Assembly (NCBI GenBank): GCA_045589295.1
Contig: JAZNOU010000005.1
Coordinates: forward strand, 1 to 64,000
Source of the DNA: Clostridia bacterium
GTDB lineage: Bacteria > Bacillota > Clostridia > RGIG6154
DNA length: 64,000 bases
Direction: 5' to 3'
Each line of letters opens with the position of its first letter. Positions within the stretch are counted from its first letter, which is position 1. The notes beneath the pieces were generated by a model. It saw only the letters and a program-made list of their open reading frames with translations, was not told the DNA's origin and did not search any database. This document shows, one piece after another, positions 18,248-28,151 of this stretch. Made by a program: the position numbers and the translations under genes.

Positions 18248-21200
18248 ATGCCATTGCAATTTGTAACAGGAAGAAGTGGATACGGTAAAACCAACTTTTG
18301 CCTTAATAAAATGAAGGAATTAAGTGATGCAGGCATTAAGACTGTTCTTATTGTTCCTGAACAGCTATCTTTGTCGTGCGAACATGAAGCAATCAAATTC
18401 CTTTCATACCTTGATGACACAAAAACCGTTTTTAGTTTCAACAGACTTTTTCATTATTTATACAACAAATATATAAACAAAAAACGTACGCAAATAAGCA
18501 AAATAGGAAAATCTATTATGTTATCAAAAATAATTTACTCATTAAGAAATGATTTTTCTGTTTATTCTGCTTCGGCACAAAACTCCAACCTTTCATCTCT
18601 GTTGCTTGCAACAATTAACGAATTTAAAAGATATGGTTTTTTACCCGAAAGTTTTCAAACTGATATAAATTCTATGCCCGACGGCCTTACAAAACTAAAA
18701 ATGCAAGATCTTGCTTTAGTTTATAAAAATTTTGAACAGGAACTTGAAAGTTTAGGATTTTCCACTGAGGACAACCTGCATATTTTGCAAAAAATTATTC
18801 CCGATTGCAGTGAGCTTTCAGAAACAGTATTTTTTATTGACGGGTTTGATGGCTTTACACCGCAAGAAATTTCGGTTATAAAAGCATTGTGTGAAAATTC
18901 AAAGCACGTTTATATTACACTTACAACAGACAACACATCTTCAGTTTTCATGCCTTGCAATAAAACAAAACATGCTATTTCGGAAATTATATTACCCGCG
19001 CAGGAAATCCAACTGAAAGAAAATATTAAGCACCAAAATAAAGAACTTAAATTTCTGGAAAAAAATTATGGTTCCTATTCAGATAATCAATACTTAGAAA
19101 AAACCGATGATATCTGCTTGTTTATTTCTGATAACCAGTATCAGGAAGTAGATATGTGTGCAAGAGATATCGTTGAAAAAACAAAACAGGGGTATAAATT
19201 CAGTGACATAGCTGTTGTCTTTGGTGACCAGGAAAATTATACACCTCTTATTTCCGCTTCCTTTGAAAAGCATAAAATTACATATTTTGCTGACAAAAAA
19301 CATTCTGTTACGGACCATCCGTTATCAGTTTTACTTTTTTCGCTATGCGATATTTTTATTAACAACTTTTCTTATGAAAGTGTATTTTCATTCTTAAAGG
19401 CCGGTCTTACTGATATTCCATTTGACGACATATGCCTTATGGAAAACTATGTCCTTGCAACCAACATTAAGGGCAGACGATGGAATACTGACTGGACATT
19501 TAATACAGGAAATGATAACTTACAAAAACTCAATGAAACAAGAATCCGATTTTTAAGTATTGTAATGCCTTTCAGAGATGCTACAAAAGGTAAATCGAAA
19601 TGCATTGAGTATGTTAATGCTGTAAAAAACTTGCTTACCAAACTTAATCTGGTACAAAAAATTACAAATGAAACATCTGAACTTATACAAGGTGGCGAGT
19701 CAGCAAAAGCTATTGAATACAGACAGGTTTTTAACATCTTGGTAAATTGTCTTAACGAAATGCAGGTTTGTATGGCAACATCAAGTTTTGGGATTGAAAA
19801 GTTTAAAGATTATTTAACATCAGGTCTTACCCAATGCGATGTTGGCATTATACCACCATCGGTAAATAACGTTATATGCGGTGACATTTCAAGAACAAGA
19901 CTTAAAAACATAAAAATCCTTTATGTCTTAGGACTAAACGACGGACTTATCCCCCCGTCTGTTTCAGGCACGGGAATTATTTCTGACACAGAGCGCAGAC
20001 AACTTGAGAAGAATAATATAAAGCTTGCTCCCGACAACAAACAAAAGGCTCTGGAACTACCTTTTTTTATGTACCGTACTTTTACTGTTCCCAGTGAAAA
20101 GCTTATATTTTCTTACTCTCTTTCATCTGCTGACGGAAATATTTTAAGACCATCAAACGTTTTGAATACTATTAAACGCCTTTTCCCTAATTTATCTGAA
20201 AAGAACTCAATTACATGTTCTACTCAAGAATTTATAACCCTGCCCGACGCGACACTTTTAAATGCAGTTTTAAATTCAGACAAGGACGAATTCAGACAGG
20301 TTATTGCATGGTTTTTAAAAAATGAACAATACAAGAACAAAATTAACTTTGTTCTTTCAGGAAAAACTTATGATTTGTCTGCAAAACTTACCGAGCAACT
20401 TGTTGAAAAAGTTTGGGGAGATAAAATAAACACAACTGTATCCAGACTTGAAAGCTTTGCAAAATGTCCATTCTCATATTTCATGAAATACGGACTTTAT
20501 ATTTATCCCAAAAAAGTTTACAGCTTTGACGCACCTGATTCAGGAACATTTATTCACAAAATTTTAGAAGACTATGTTTCTTTTGTTACAAATAACAACA
20601 TTGATTGGAAAAGTATTACTAAAAAGGATTGTTACGAAAAAACAATCCAGCTTTCTACTGCCGCACTCCAGGAAGTTTTAACTAAACTTCCATCTTTGAG
20701 TAAAAGATATGAATTTGCCATCTCTAAGCTCAAAAAAGCGGCCTGCGATGCTATGTGGGCTGTTGTTCACCATATAAGCTCCGGTGCTTTTACTCCCTAT
20801 GCAACAGAACTTGATCTTTCGAATTCCGACTCTGTTTCCCCGCTGACACATATAACACCTGACGGCAATAAAATGACACTTTACGGAAAGATTGATCGTG
20901 TAGATACTTCTGATAATGTTTTCAGAATTATCGATTATAAGTCAAGTCCACACGATATTGATTTAGCGAAAGTATATCAGGGATTCTCTCTGCAACTGTT
21001 CGTTTATTCAGCTGCACTTAAAAACAAACTTGGTAAACCTGGTGGAATGTTTTATCTTGCGCTTACAACACCTCTTATAGATTATGACGGTAAAATTACG
21101 CCTGAAGAGATTGAACAAAAGGTTATGAAAGAATTTAAACTGCAGGGATATATGGTTGGCGAAGAAACTGTCGACTCTGTAAAACTCCATCACACAGATT

Positions 21201-21523
21201 TTTCAGGTCATTCAGATATTATTTCAGCCCGTTCCTCAAAAACAGGATATACTTCACAAAGATTTTTAAATTCTTCGGAATACGAATACCTTTCAAAGCA
21301 AGTGTTAAAAAAATGCGGTGAATTTTCAGATAAAATTTTAAAAGGCGAATTTACAGCTTCGCCCGTAGCTGAATCTAATATATCTGCGTGCACGTATTGC
21401 GACTATTCTTCTGTATGCGGTTTTGACCCTAAATACCACGCATACAGATACATAACGCGTATGACAAAGGAAGATATTTTTGAAGGGCTTTATAACAAAA
21501 ACGGAGGTGAGGAAAATGAGTGA
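18248..21523 (+). CDS. addB: ATP-dependent helicase/nuclease subunit B
   Basis: GRSGYGKT, LIVPEQ, C-terminal PD-(D/E)XK nuclease GKIDRVD...IIDYKS, Fe-S cysteines CPF and CTYCDYSSVC. Confidence 0.92.
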   Translation: MPLQFVTGRSGYGKTNFCLNKMKELSDAGIKTVLIVPEQLSLSCEHEAIKFLSYLDDTKTVFSFNRLFHYLYNKYINKKRTQISKIGKSIMLSKIIYSLRNDFSVYSASAQNSNLSSLLLATINEFKRYGFLPESFQTDINSMPDGLTKLKMQDLALVYKNFEQELESLGFSTEDNLHILQKIIPDCSELSETVFFIDGFDGFTPQEISVIKALCENSKHVYITLTTDNTSSVFMPCNKTKHAISEIILPAQEIQLKENIKHQNKELKFLEKNYGSYSDNQYLEKTDDICLFISDNQYQEVDMCARDIVEKTKQGYKFSDIAVVFGDQENYTPLISASFEKHKITYFADKKHSVTDHPLSVLLFSLCDIFINNFSYESVFSFLKAGLTDIPFDDICLMENYVLATNIKGRRWNTDWTFNTGNDNLQKLNETRIRFLSIVMPFRDATKGKSKCIEYVNAVKNLLTKLNLVQKITNETSELIQGGESAKAIEYRQVFNILVNCLNEMQVCMATSSFGIEKFKDYLTSGLTQCDVGIIPPSVNNVICGDISRTRLKNIKILYVLGLNDGLIPPSVSGTGIISDTERRQLEKNNIKLAPDNKQKALELPFFMYRTFTVPSEKLIFSYSLSSADGNILRPSNVLNTIKRLFPNLSEKNSITCSTQEFITLPDATLLNAVLNSDKDEFRQVIAWFLKNEQYKNKINFVLSGKTYDLSAKLTEQLVEKVWGDKINTTVSRLESFAKCPFSYFMKYGLYIYPKKVYSFDAPDSGTFIHKILEDYVSFVTNNNIDWKSITKKDCYEKTIQLSTAALQEVLTKLPSLSKRYEFAISKLKKAACDAMWAVVHHISSGAFTPYATELDLSNSDSVSPLTHITPDGNKMTLYGKIDRVDTSDNVFRIIDYKSSPHDIDLAKVYQGFSLQLFVYSAALKNKLGKPGGMFYLALTTPLIDYDGKITPEEIEQKVMKEFKLQGYMVGEETVDSVKLHHTDFSGHSDIISARSSKTGYTSQRFLNSSEYEYLSKQVLKKCGEFSDKILKGEFTASPVAESNISACTYCDYSSVCGFDPKYHAYRYITRMTKEDIFEGLYNKNGGEENE

Positions 21524-24500
21524 AATCAAATGGACCAATGCGCAAAAAGCTGCAATTGACTATCACAAAAGTTCAGTAATTGTTTCTGCAGCCGCAGGTT
21601 CGGGTAAAACAGCTGTTTTGGTTGAAAGAATTATCAATATGCTGGACACTACCGACATTGACAGGCTTTTAGTTGTTACTTTTACGCAAGCTGCAGCGTC
21701 ACAAATGCGCGAAAACATTGCAAATGCATTAGAAGAAAAAATCCGTATGCAAGACAACACTAAAGCCAAAGAGTTTTACCATCGTCAACTTTTGTTACTC
21801 CCGGGTGCAAATATTTCTACAATACACTCATTTTGCTCTAAGATAATCAAGGATAATTTTGACAAGCTGGGACTTTCTGCTGACTATTCACTTGCAGAGC
21901 CTGACAAAAGTGCACTATTGCTTGCACAATCGATTGAAGAGCTTATTGAAACCGAGTACGAAACAGGTCGTCCTGAATTTTTATCATTTGTACAAAACTA
22001 CACAAGTTATAAAAATGACAGCTTAATATCCGAAATGTTATTAAGTCTATACCGTTTTTCGCGCTCTGTTCCATATCCTGACATCTGGCTTGACAATGTT
22101 GTAAAAAAATATGAAAGTATTACAGAATCAAATTGGCTGGATAACATATACCAAAAAGCAAAATCTACTCTTGAACTTGTTAAAAATTCTTATATTCACA
22201 TAAGCGATAATTTAAAAAAACTTTCAGGATTTGAAGCAGAAGTAGCAAACAAGTATTTGCTGCCTTTAATCGCTGACGACCTTGAAAAGATTAATTTATG
22301 TTACGATAATTGCACTGATTTTGACAGCACCTTTGATGCGTTTAACAATCTGAGTTTTAAAAACTTTCCGACTATAAAAGACGAAAATGCAAAAACTCTT
22401 GCCGTTGTAGAAACATTTCGAAAACAAAGAGAAACACTAAAATCAAAAATTAACGATATTAAGGAAAACGCTCTGAATTTTTCACTAGATGAACTTAACG
22501 AATTTTCTTCACTTCAGTTGCCTCATATTAAGGAAATCACAAGCCTTACAAAAAAGCTGGATGAAGTCTATACCTCAAAAAAACGTTCATTAAATATACT
22601 TGACTTTAATGATTTGGAACATCTGGCAATCACACTTTTAACGGATAAAAACGGTAATCCTACCGCTTGCGCCAAAGCACTCTCAGACGAATTTGACGAA
22701 ATTATCGTGGACGAATATCAGGATACTAACGATGTGCAAGAAGCAATTTTAAACGCCGTTTCTTGCAACAAATCAAACATATTTATGGTTGGTGATATGA
22801 AACAAAGTATTTACCGTTTCAGAAACACCGCTCCTGAACTTTTTTTGTCAAAAACCGAAAGCTATTCTGACAAAGACTCTGACACAGGCAGAAGAATTTT
22901 TCTTTCAAGCAATTTCAGAAGCAGAAAAAATATACTGGACTTTTCCAACCTTGTTTTTTCACAGATTATGAGCAAAGAATTTGGCGAAATTGAGTACGGG
23001 GAAAACGAAAAACTTTATTACGGTGCAGATTACGAAGGCAAAGACAGCAACATTGATATCACAGTCTTAGAAAAAAACGAGTACACCGACTTTTCTGCAA
23101 TTGAACAAGAAAGTGCAATTATTGCAGATAAAATCAACAGTATGATTTCTTCAGGCTTTTTAGTAACTGATAAAAAGACAAAACAACTTCGCCCAGTTAC
23201 GTACAAAGACTTTGCTATCCTTTTAAGAACATCAAAAAATGTTTCTGATGAAATGACAACATTTCTTACAAAATGCGGAATACCTGTCTACAACGATGGA
23301 GGTAAGGAGGCTTTGCTTTCTTCTGTTGAAGTACAGACAGTGATTTCACTTTTAAAAATTATTGACAACCCCTATAATGATATTGCTCTTATAAGCGTGC
23401 TAAGAAGTTTATTCTATAAATTCAGCGATGACTTGTTGCTTCTTATAAGCAAGAGCGATAAAAAGGAACTTTCATTTTACGAAAAGCTTTTAAATTACGA
23501 CGATGAAAATGTGAAAGAATTTCTCAGAGACCTTGAACATTACAGAAAAAAATCGAGCATTTTATCCGTCTACGAGCTTATTGATTATGTTATTCAAAAG
23601 AATATGCTTATGGAATTTTCTGCCTGTCTTCCTGGCGGAAATCAGCGAATTTTAAACTTAAGGTACCTCTTAAGGCTCGCAGACAACTACACCAAAAGTG
23701 CTTCAGGCAGACTTTTTGGTTTTCTCATTTATATCGACAACTTTTCTGCACATTCACAATCAATGATTTCTCCTAAAGTTTTGCCTGAATCAAGTGATGT
23801 AGTAACAATAACAACTATGCACAAAAGCAAAGGTCTTGAATATCCGGTGGTAATTATACCACGGCTTGGAACTGCTCTTAAAAACCATGACCTTACTTCA
23901 AAACTTCTAATACACAAAAACATCGGCATTGGATTTGATTACATCGATACATCAAAGCACATCAAAATCAAGTCTCCGGTACGTACGGCAATTTCAAGAA
24001 AGACTAATGATGAATACCTTTCCGAAGAACTGAGAGTTTTGTATGTTGCGCTTACAAGAGCAAAAGAAAAACTCATTTTAATTGGCTCTTGCGAAAGTCA
24101 CCAGAAACTCTTAGAAACCATTTCTCCTGCAACTTATGAAGCCTCCTCAAAATTTCCCGCCCACGTTGCTTCTTCAGCCAGGAGCTATCTTGTATGGATA
24201 ATGCTTGCTGTTTGTCGTCATAAAGCGTTTGAAATAACACTTGACAAGTTTAATATGGCAAAAAACACCTTAACAGACTTATCCGATATTGGAATTGATT
24301 TTAAGAAGAACATTGAATTTGCAGTTACTGAGAGTAAAAATACAGAAAATGATTTTTCGGGATGTGAAATTACTGAAGATGTACGAAAAAAACTTGAATA
24401 TATAGTCCCTCAAACAGGACAAGGTGTATTTTCTAAATATTCTGTTTCAGAACTAAAAAAATATCTTGAAGACGAAACAGACTATAAAGATTATTTTGAA

Positions 24501-25049
24501 AAACTTGTCACTGTTTCAAATGTTGATACTCCTGTTGCCTTGTCTTCTTCTGCCCGAGGAAGTGCTATACATAAAGTATTTGAACTAATTGATTTTAAAA
24601 ACATAAACTCTGTATATGACATTGAGATTTTTATAAACACCCTTAAAGAAAAGGAAATTATAAGCCAAACAGAAGCAACCTCTGTTCCTTGTGAAAAAAT
24701 ATTTGCCTTTTTCTCTGGCGAGCTTGGCAAAAAGCTTAAATCTGCTAAAATGGTAAAGCGTGAAGTTCCTTTTAATATTCATATTGGAGATGACTTCTCT
24801 CTTACCCCTACAAATGAGCAATGTGTACAGTTGCAGGGCGTTATTGATTGTTACTTTAAAGATGACGAAGGATATACCATTATTGATTTTAAGTCAGATT
24901 TTTTAAATGAGCAAAATAAAGATGCCAAAATCAAAAGTTATAAAAAGCAACTTGAGTTCTATATTTTGGCTTTAAAAACAATGTATAAAAATCCCCCAAT
25001 AAAAGCCTGCATATATTTTCTTGATGACAACAGCATATACTGGCTATAG
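21516..25049 (+). CDS. addA: ATP-dependent helicase/nuclease subunit A
   Basis: SAAAGSGKT, VDEYQDTN, VGDMKQSIYRFR, TMHKSKGLEY, QGVIDC...IIDFKSD; start at ATG 21516 behind GGAGGTGA. Confidence 0.95.
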   Translation: MSEIKWTNAQKAAIDYHKSSVIVSAAAGSGKTAVLVERIINMLDTTDIDRLLVVTFTQAAASQMRENIANALEEKIRMQDNTKAKEFYHRQLLLLPGANISTIHSFCSKIIKDNFDKLGLSADYSLAEPDKSALLLAQSIEELIETEYETGRPEFLSFVQNYTSYKNDSLISEMLLSLYRFSRSVPYPDIWLDNVVKKYESITESNWLDNIYQKAKSTLELVKNSYIHISDNLKKLSGFEAEVANKYLLPLIADDLEKINLCYDNCTDFDSTFDAFNNLSFKNFPTIKDENAKTLAVVETFRKQRETLKSKINDIKENALNFSLDELNEFSSLQLPHIKEITSLTKKLDEVYTSKKRSLNILDFNDLEHLAITLLTDKNGNPTACAKALSDEFDEIIVDEYQDTNDVQEAILNAVSCNKSNIFMVGDMKQSIYRFRNTAPELFLSKTESYSDKDSDTGRRIFLSSNFRSRKNILDFSNLVFSQIMSKEFGEIEYGENEKLYYGADYEGKDSNIDITVLEKNEYTDFSAIEQESAIIADKINSMISSGFLVTDKKTKQLRPVTYKDFAILLRTSKNVSDEMTTFLTKCGIPVYNDGGKEALLSSVEVQTVISLLKIIDNPYNDIALISVLRSLFYKFSDDLLLLISKSDKKELSFYEKLLNYDDENVKEFLRDLEHYRKKSSILSVYELIDYVIQKNMLMEFSACLPGGNQRILNLRYLLRLADNYTKSASGRLFGFLIYIDNFSAHSQSMISPKVLPESSDVVTITTMHKSKGLEYPVVIIPRLGTALKNHDLTSKLLIHKNIGIGFDYIDTSKHIKIKSPVRTAISRKTNDEYLSEELRVLYVALTRAKEKLILIGSCESHQKLLETISPATYEASSKFPAHVASSARSYLVWIMLAVCRHKAFEITLDKFNMAKNTLTDLSDIGIDFKKNIEFAVTESKNTENDFSGCEITEDVRKKLEYIVPQTGQGVFSKYSVSELKKYLEDETDYKDYFEKLVTVSNVDTPVALSSSARGSAIHKVFELIDFKNINSVYDIEIFINTLKEKEIISQTEATSVPCEKIFAFFSGELGKKLKSAKMVKREVPFNIHIGDDFSLTPTNEQCVQLQGVIDCYFKDDEGYTIIDFKSDFLNEQNKDAKIKSYKKQLEFYILALKTMYKNPPIKACIYFLDDNSIYWL

Positions 25050-25114
25050 GTTAATATTTACATTGACTAAGGCTCCGTTTTTATGTTAGCATAAATATAC
25101 GGAGGTGAAAACCA

Positions 25115-25768
25115 ATGAAAAAAATCATATCAGGAATACTTTCAGTAGTGCTCGCTTTTTCAATATCCTTAACCACATTTGCTCAAAGTCCAAACACAAA
25201 AGTGTATCCGGCAAATGTCACTTATAAGTTTATTGACATAAAAACATTTTCTCCGCTTAAAATTTTGTTTAAGCTTTTCAATTGCGATTTTGGAACAATG
25301 CCAGAAGTAGAAAAACCTCAGGTTCCGGTTCCACCGGTCGAGGATGAAAATGACAAAGAAGATGATGATACTATAATTTCTGCATCAGAATTTGAACTTA
25401 AGGTTTTGGATTTGGTAAACAACGAACGTGCAAAGCATGGCCTATCCCCTCTTGTATGGGATGAAGCATCAGCAGATGTTGCACGTATGCACAGCAAGGA
25501 TATGGCACAAAGAAACTTTTTCAGCCATACAAACCCTGACGGTCAATCACCATTTGACAGGCTAAAAAATCACGGAATATCTTATTCCTATGCAGCAGAA
25601 AACATTGCTGCGGGTCAAGAAACACCCGAAAGTGTTGTGACTGCGTGGATGAATTCTGACGGACACAGAAAAAATATTTTAAACAAATCTATGACCAAAC
25701 TTGGTGTAGGCTACTATCAATCAGAAAGCGGCTATAAGCACTACTGGACACAATGTTTCATCGGTTAA
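25115..25768 (+). CDS. secreted CAP/SCP-domain protein (YkwD-like)
   Basis: Signal peptide; LVNNERAKHGL, HSKDMA, ENIAAGQ, WMNSDGHRKNIL. Confidence 0.9.
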   Translation: MKKIISGILSVVLAFSISLTTFAQSPNTKVYPANVTYKFIDIKTFSPLKILFKLFNCDFGTMPEVEKPQVPVPPVEDENDKEDDDTIISASEFELKVLDLVNNERAKHGLSPLVWDEASADVARMHSKDMAQRNFFSHTNPDGQSPFDRLKNHGISYSYAAENIAAGQETPESVVTAWMNSDGHRKNILNKSMTKLGVGYYQSESGYKHYWTQCFIG

Positions 25769-25770
25769 TC

Positions 25771-25799
25771 AAATCCCCGTTTTTAGCGGGGATTTTTTT
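25771..25799 (+). terminator. intrinsic terminator
   Basis: AAATCCCCG...CGGGGATTT followed by a T-tract. Confidence 0.75.
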
Positions 25800-25975
25800 G
25801 CAAAAATTTATAGCATTTCCATTGTTATAAGTGTTTGTTTCTAATTGTTAAATCCAAGGTAATTTAGATGATCAAGATTAAGATTTATACAACACTTTTT
25901 TATCAAAATAGTATTGCTTTTTTGTCTTCTGTGTGCTAAAATTATATGAGAATTTTGTCAAAAAAAGAGGCTTTT

Positions 25976-27460
25976 ATGTATAAAATAATTTTTGTAGACC
26001 CTGATAATTCAGTCATTGATACTATTACCAATATTTTTGACTGGAAAGAGATGGGCATTGAACCTGTTGCTACTTTCAATGACGCCGATAGCGCTATTGA
26101 ATATTTAAAATCAAACCATGTCGATGCTATCCTTACTGAAGTCAACATTCCAAAGCTAAGCGGTATTGATATTGCAAGATACGTTAATAAAAATCACGAT
26201 GAAACAATTGTCGCCTTTATGTCGAAGTTTGCATCCTTTGAATATGCTCAGCAAGGCATTTTAGAAGGTGTGTGCGACTATCTTTTAAAACCTATTACAT
26301 TTAATAATCTAAGAAATACTTGCTACAGAATTTTAGCAAAGCTTAATTCATTACATAAAAATCTAAAAAAGAATGAACTCATTAAATCTGTAACACTTTC
26401 ACAGATTTTATCTGACTATCTCTTAAACTCTGTTAAAGAACCAATAAATCTGCAATCACTTTTTGCACTCAACAACGTAGAAATCGATGTTCATTCAACA
26501 CCTGCTGCTATTGTTAAAATAACCATTTCAAACATAACTCAATATATTACAAACACTTGGAAATACGGGAAAAGTACGCTTTACGATGCCATCATAAAGC
26601 AATTCCCTCATTCCAACAACCTGAATATTGTTCCTTGCTTTAACTTTTTTGATTCTACAGAGTTTGTTATTTTTTCAAAAAAAGATGATACACTGCCGGC
26701 ATTTAAAAAATCTCTCAGCTTGGCTTTAAAAGCACTTTGCGATACCTGTAAAACCATTATGCACCTCAATATTTCAACTAATATTATTGCAATAAAGCCA
26801 AGCATCACTCACATTAACAAGGTGCGTATAAGCCACGATATTGAAAAAAGTAAAATTGATTCTTTGATCGCACTCATAAAACTGGGTGATAAATACGAGT
26901 CAACAAATTACTACAATTCATTAGTATTAAACCAGGATTTTGATTTTGTTAAAAATCTTTCAAAATCTGTAAGAAATGCTATTAAAGAGTGTTTAACAGA
27001 TAAAACATTAGAAGACCTTGATATAAATGCAAGATATATGAACTCCCTTTCGGATATAACTGCGTATATTAATTATTCAAAAAAAATGATTACCCGTGCA
27101 ACTGAGCATTTTGCGGGAATGTTTGCCAGAAATTATGATGCACTTATAAGTGCAAAGGAATACGTTTTACAGCACTATGCCGAAGACATTTCCTTGACAG
27201 AAGTTGCAAATCACGTGTCATTGAGTCCTTCGTATTTCAGCAAACGCTTTAAAAAAGATAATAATATGAATTTTATTGACTATCTTGTAGACGTAAGAAT
27301 TCAGCGTGCAAAAGTACTTTTAATAAGCAGTAGGTACAAGGTCAATGAAATTTGTAAAATGTGCGGTTTTAACAGTCTTAATCACTTTTATAAAACCTTT
27401 AAAGATGTTACTGGCTATACTGCACAGGAATATAGAACAATGAATAAAGAAGCAAAATAA
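25976..27460 (+). CDS. YesN-like response regulator (receiver + AraC HTH) with a degenerate receiver domain
   Basis: Receiver-like N-terminus (DAILTEVNIPKLSG, DYLLKP) and C-terminal AraC HTH; start at ATG 25976 behind GAGG. Confidence 0.85.
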   Translation: MYKIIFVDPDNSVIDTITNIFDWKEMGIEPVATFNDADSAIEYLKSNHVDAILTEVNIPKLSGIDIARYVNKNHDETIVAFMSKFASFEYAQQGILEGVCDYLLKPITFNNLRNTCYRILAKLNSLHKNLKKNELIKSVTLSQILSDYLLNSVKEPINLQSLFALNNVEIDVHSTPAAIVKITISNITQYITNTWKYGKSTLYDAIIKQFPHSNNLNIVPCFNFFDSTEFVIFSKKDDTLPAFKKSLSLALKALCDTCKTIMHLNISTNIIAIKPSITHINKVRISHDIEKSKIDSLIALIKLGDKYESTNYYNSLVLNQDFDFVKNLSKSVRNAIKECLTDKTLEDLDINARYMNSLSDITAYINYSKKMITRATEHFAGMFARNYDALISAKEYVLQHYAEDISLTEVANHVSLSPSYFSKRFKKDNNMNFIDYLVDVRIQRAKVLLISSRYKVNEICKMCGFNSLNHFYKTFKDVTGYTAQEYRTMNKEAK

Positions 27461-27496
27461 AAAAGCATCTGCCTTAAGGCAGATGCTTTTTTATTT
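27455..27496. terminator. bidirectional terminator
   Basis: AAATAAAAAAGCATCTGCC-ttaa-GGCAGATGCTTTTTTATTT. Confidence 0.8.
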
Positions 27497-28151
27497 AAAT
27501 TCTTTTAACAACATCAGCATTTGATTTGATTATTAAATTATCAGAATATACTCCTCGCAAAGAGTTTAACGGATAAACAGAGGTTTTTTTACCAATTACT
27601 GTACCGGGATTTAAAACGCAACCGCAGCCAATATCTGCACCATCACCAAGTATCGCCCCTAATTTACGCATACCTGTATCATACATCTTTTCCCCCTTAA
27701 TGACAACGTTTTTGCCGTCTGATTTTAAATTTGAACAAATAACCCCTGCTCCTAAATGAACAAAATTGCCTAAAATCGAATCTCCAACATAATTGTAGTG
27801 TGGCACTTGCACGCCTTCAAGCAAAATACAGTTTTTAAGCTCGGTAGAATTCCCTATTACGCAGTTTTTTCCGCAAATTACGTTTCCTCTTATAAAAGCA
27901 CCAGTTCTTATTTCACACCCATCATCAACAATCACAGGAGGGATAATTACTGCACTTTTATCAATCTTAACATTTTTACCTACAAAAACTCCTTTTTGTA
28001 TTTCATCAAATCGTGTTAATTGTTCACCTTTATTAAATATCAAGCCGATATGCGTCAATATTTCCCAAGGATATATAAAACTTTCAAATATGTCTTTTAT
28101 AAGTTCCGACTTTAAATCAAACAATTCAATAGTTTTTACTTTTTTAGTCAA
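27495..28151 (-). CDS. left-handed beta-helix acetyltransferase resembling the C-terminal domain of archaeal-type GlmU (probable glucosamine-1-phosphate N-acetyltransferase)
   Basis: YPWEIL, hexapeptide repeats, VPHYNYVGDSILG, CSNLKSD, RKLGAILGD; no nucleotidyltransferase domain; probable TTG start at 28151 overlapping the glmM stop. Confidence 0.7.
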   Translation of the reverse strand: MTKKVKTIELFDLKSELIKDIFESFIYPWEILTHIGLIFNKGEQLTRFDEIQKGVFVGKNVKIDKSAVIIPPVIVDDGCEIRTGAFIRGNVICGKNCVIGNSTELKNCILLEGVQVPHYNYVGDSILGNFVHLGAGVICSNLKSDGKNVVIKGEKMYDTGMRKLGAILGDGADIGCGCVLNPGTVIGKKTSVYPLNSLRGVYSDNLIIKSNADVVKRI

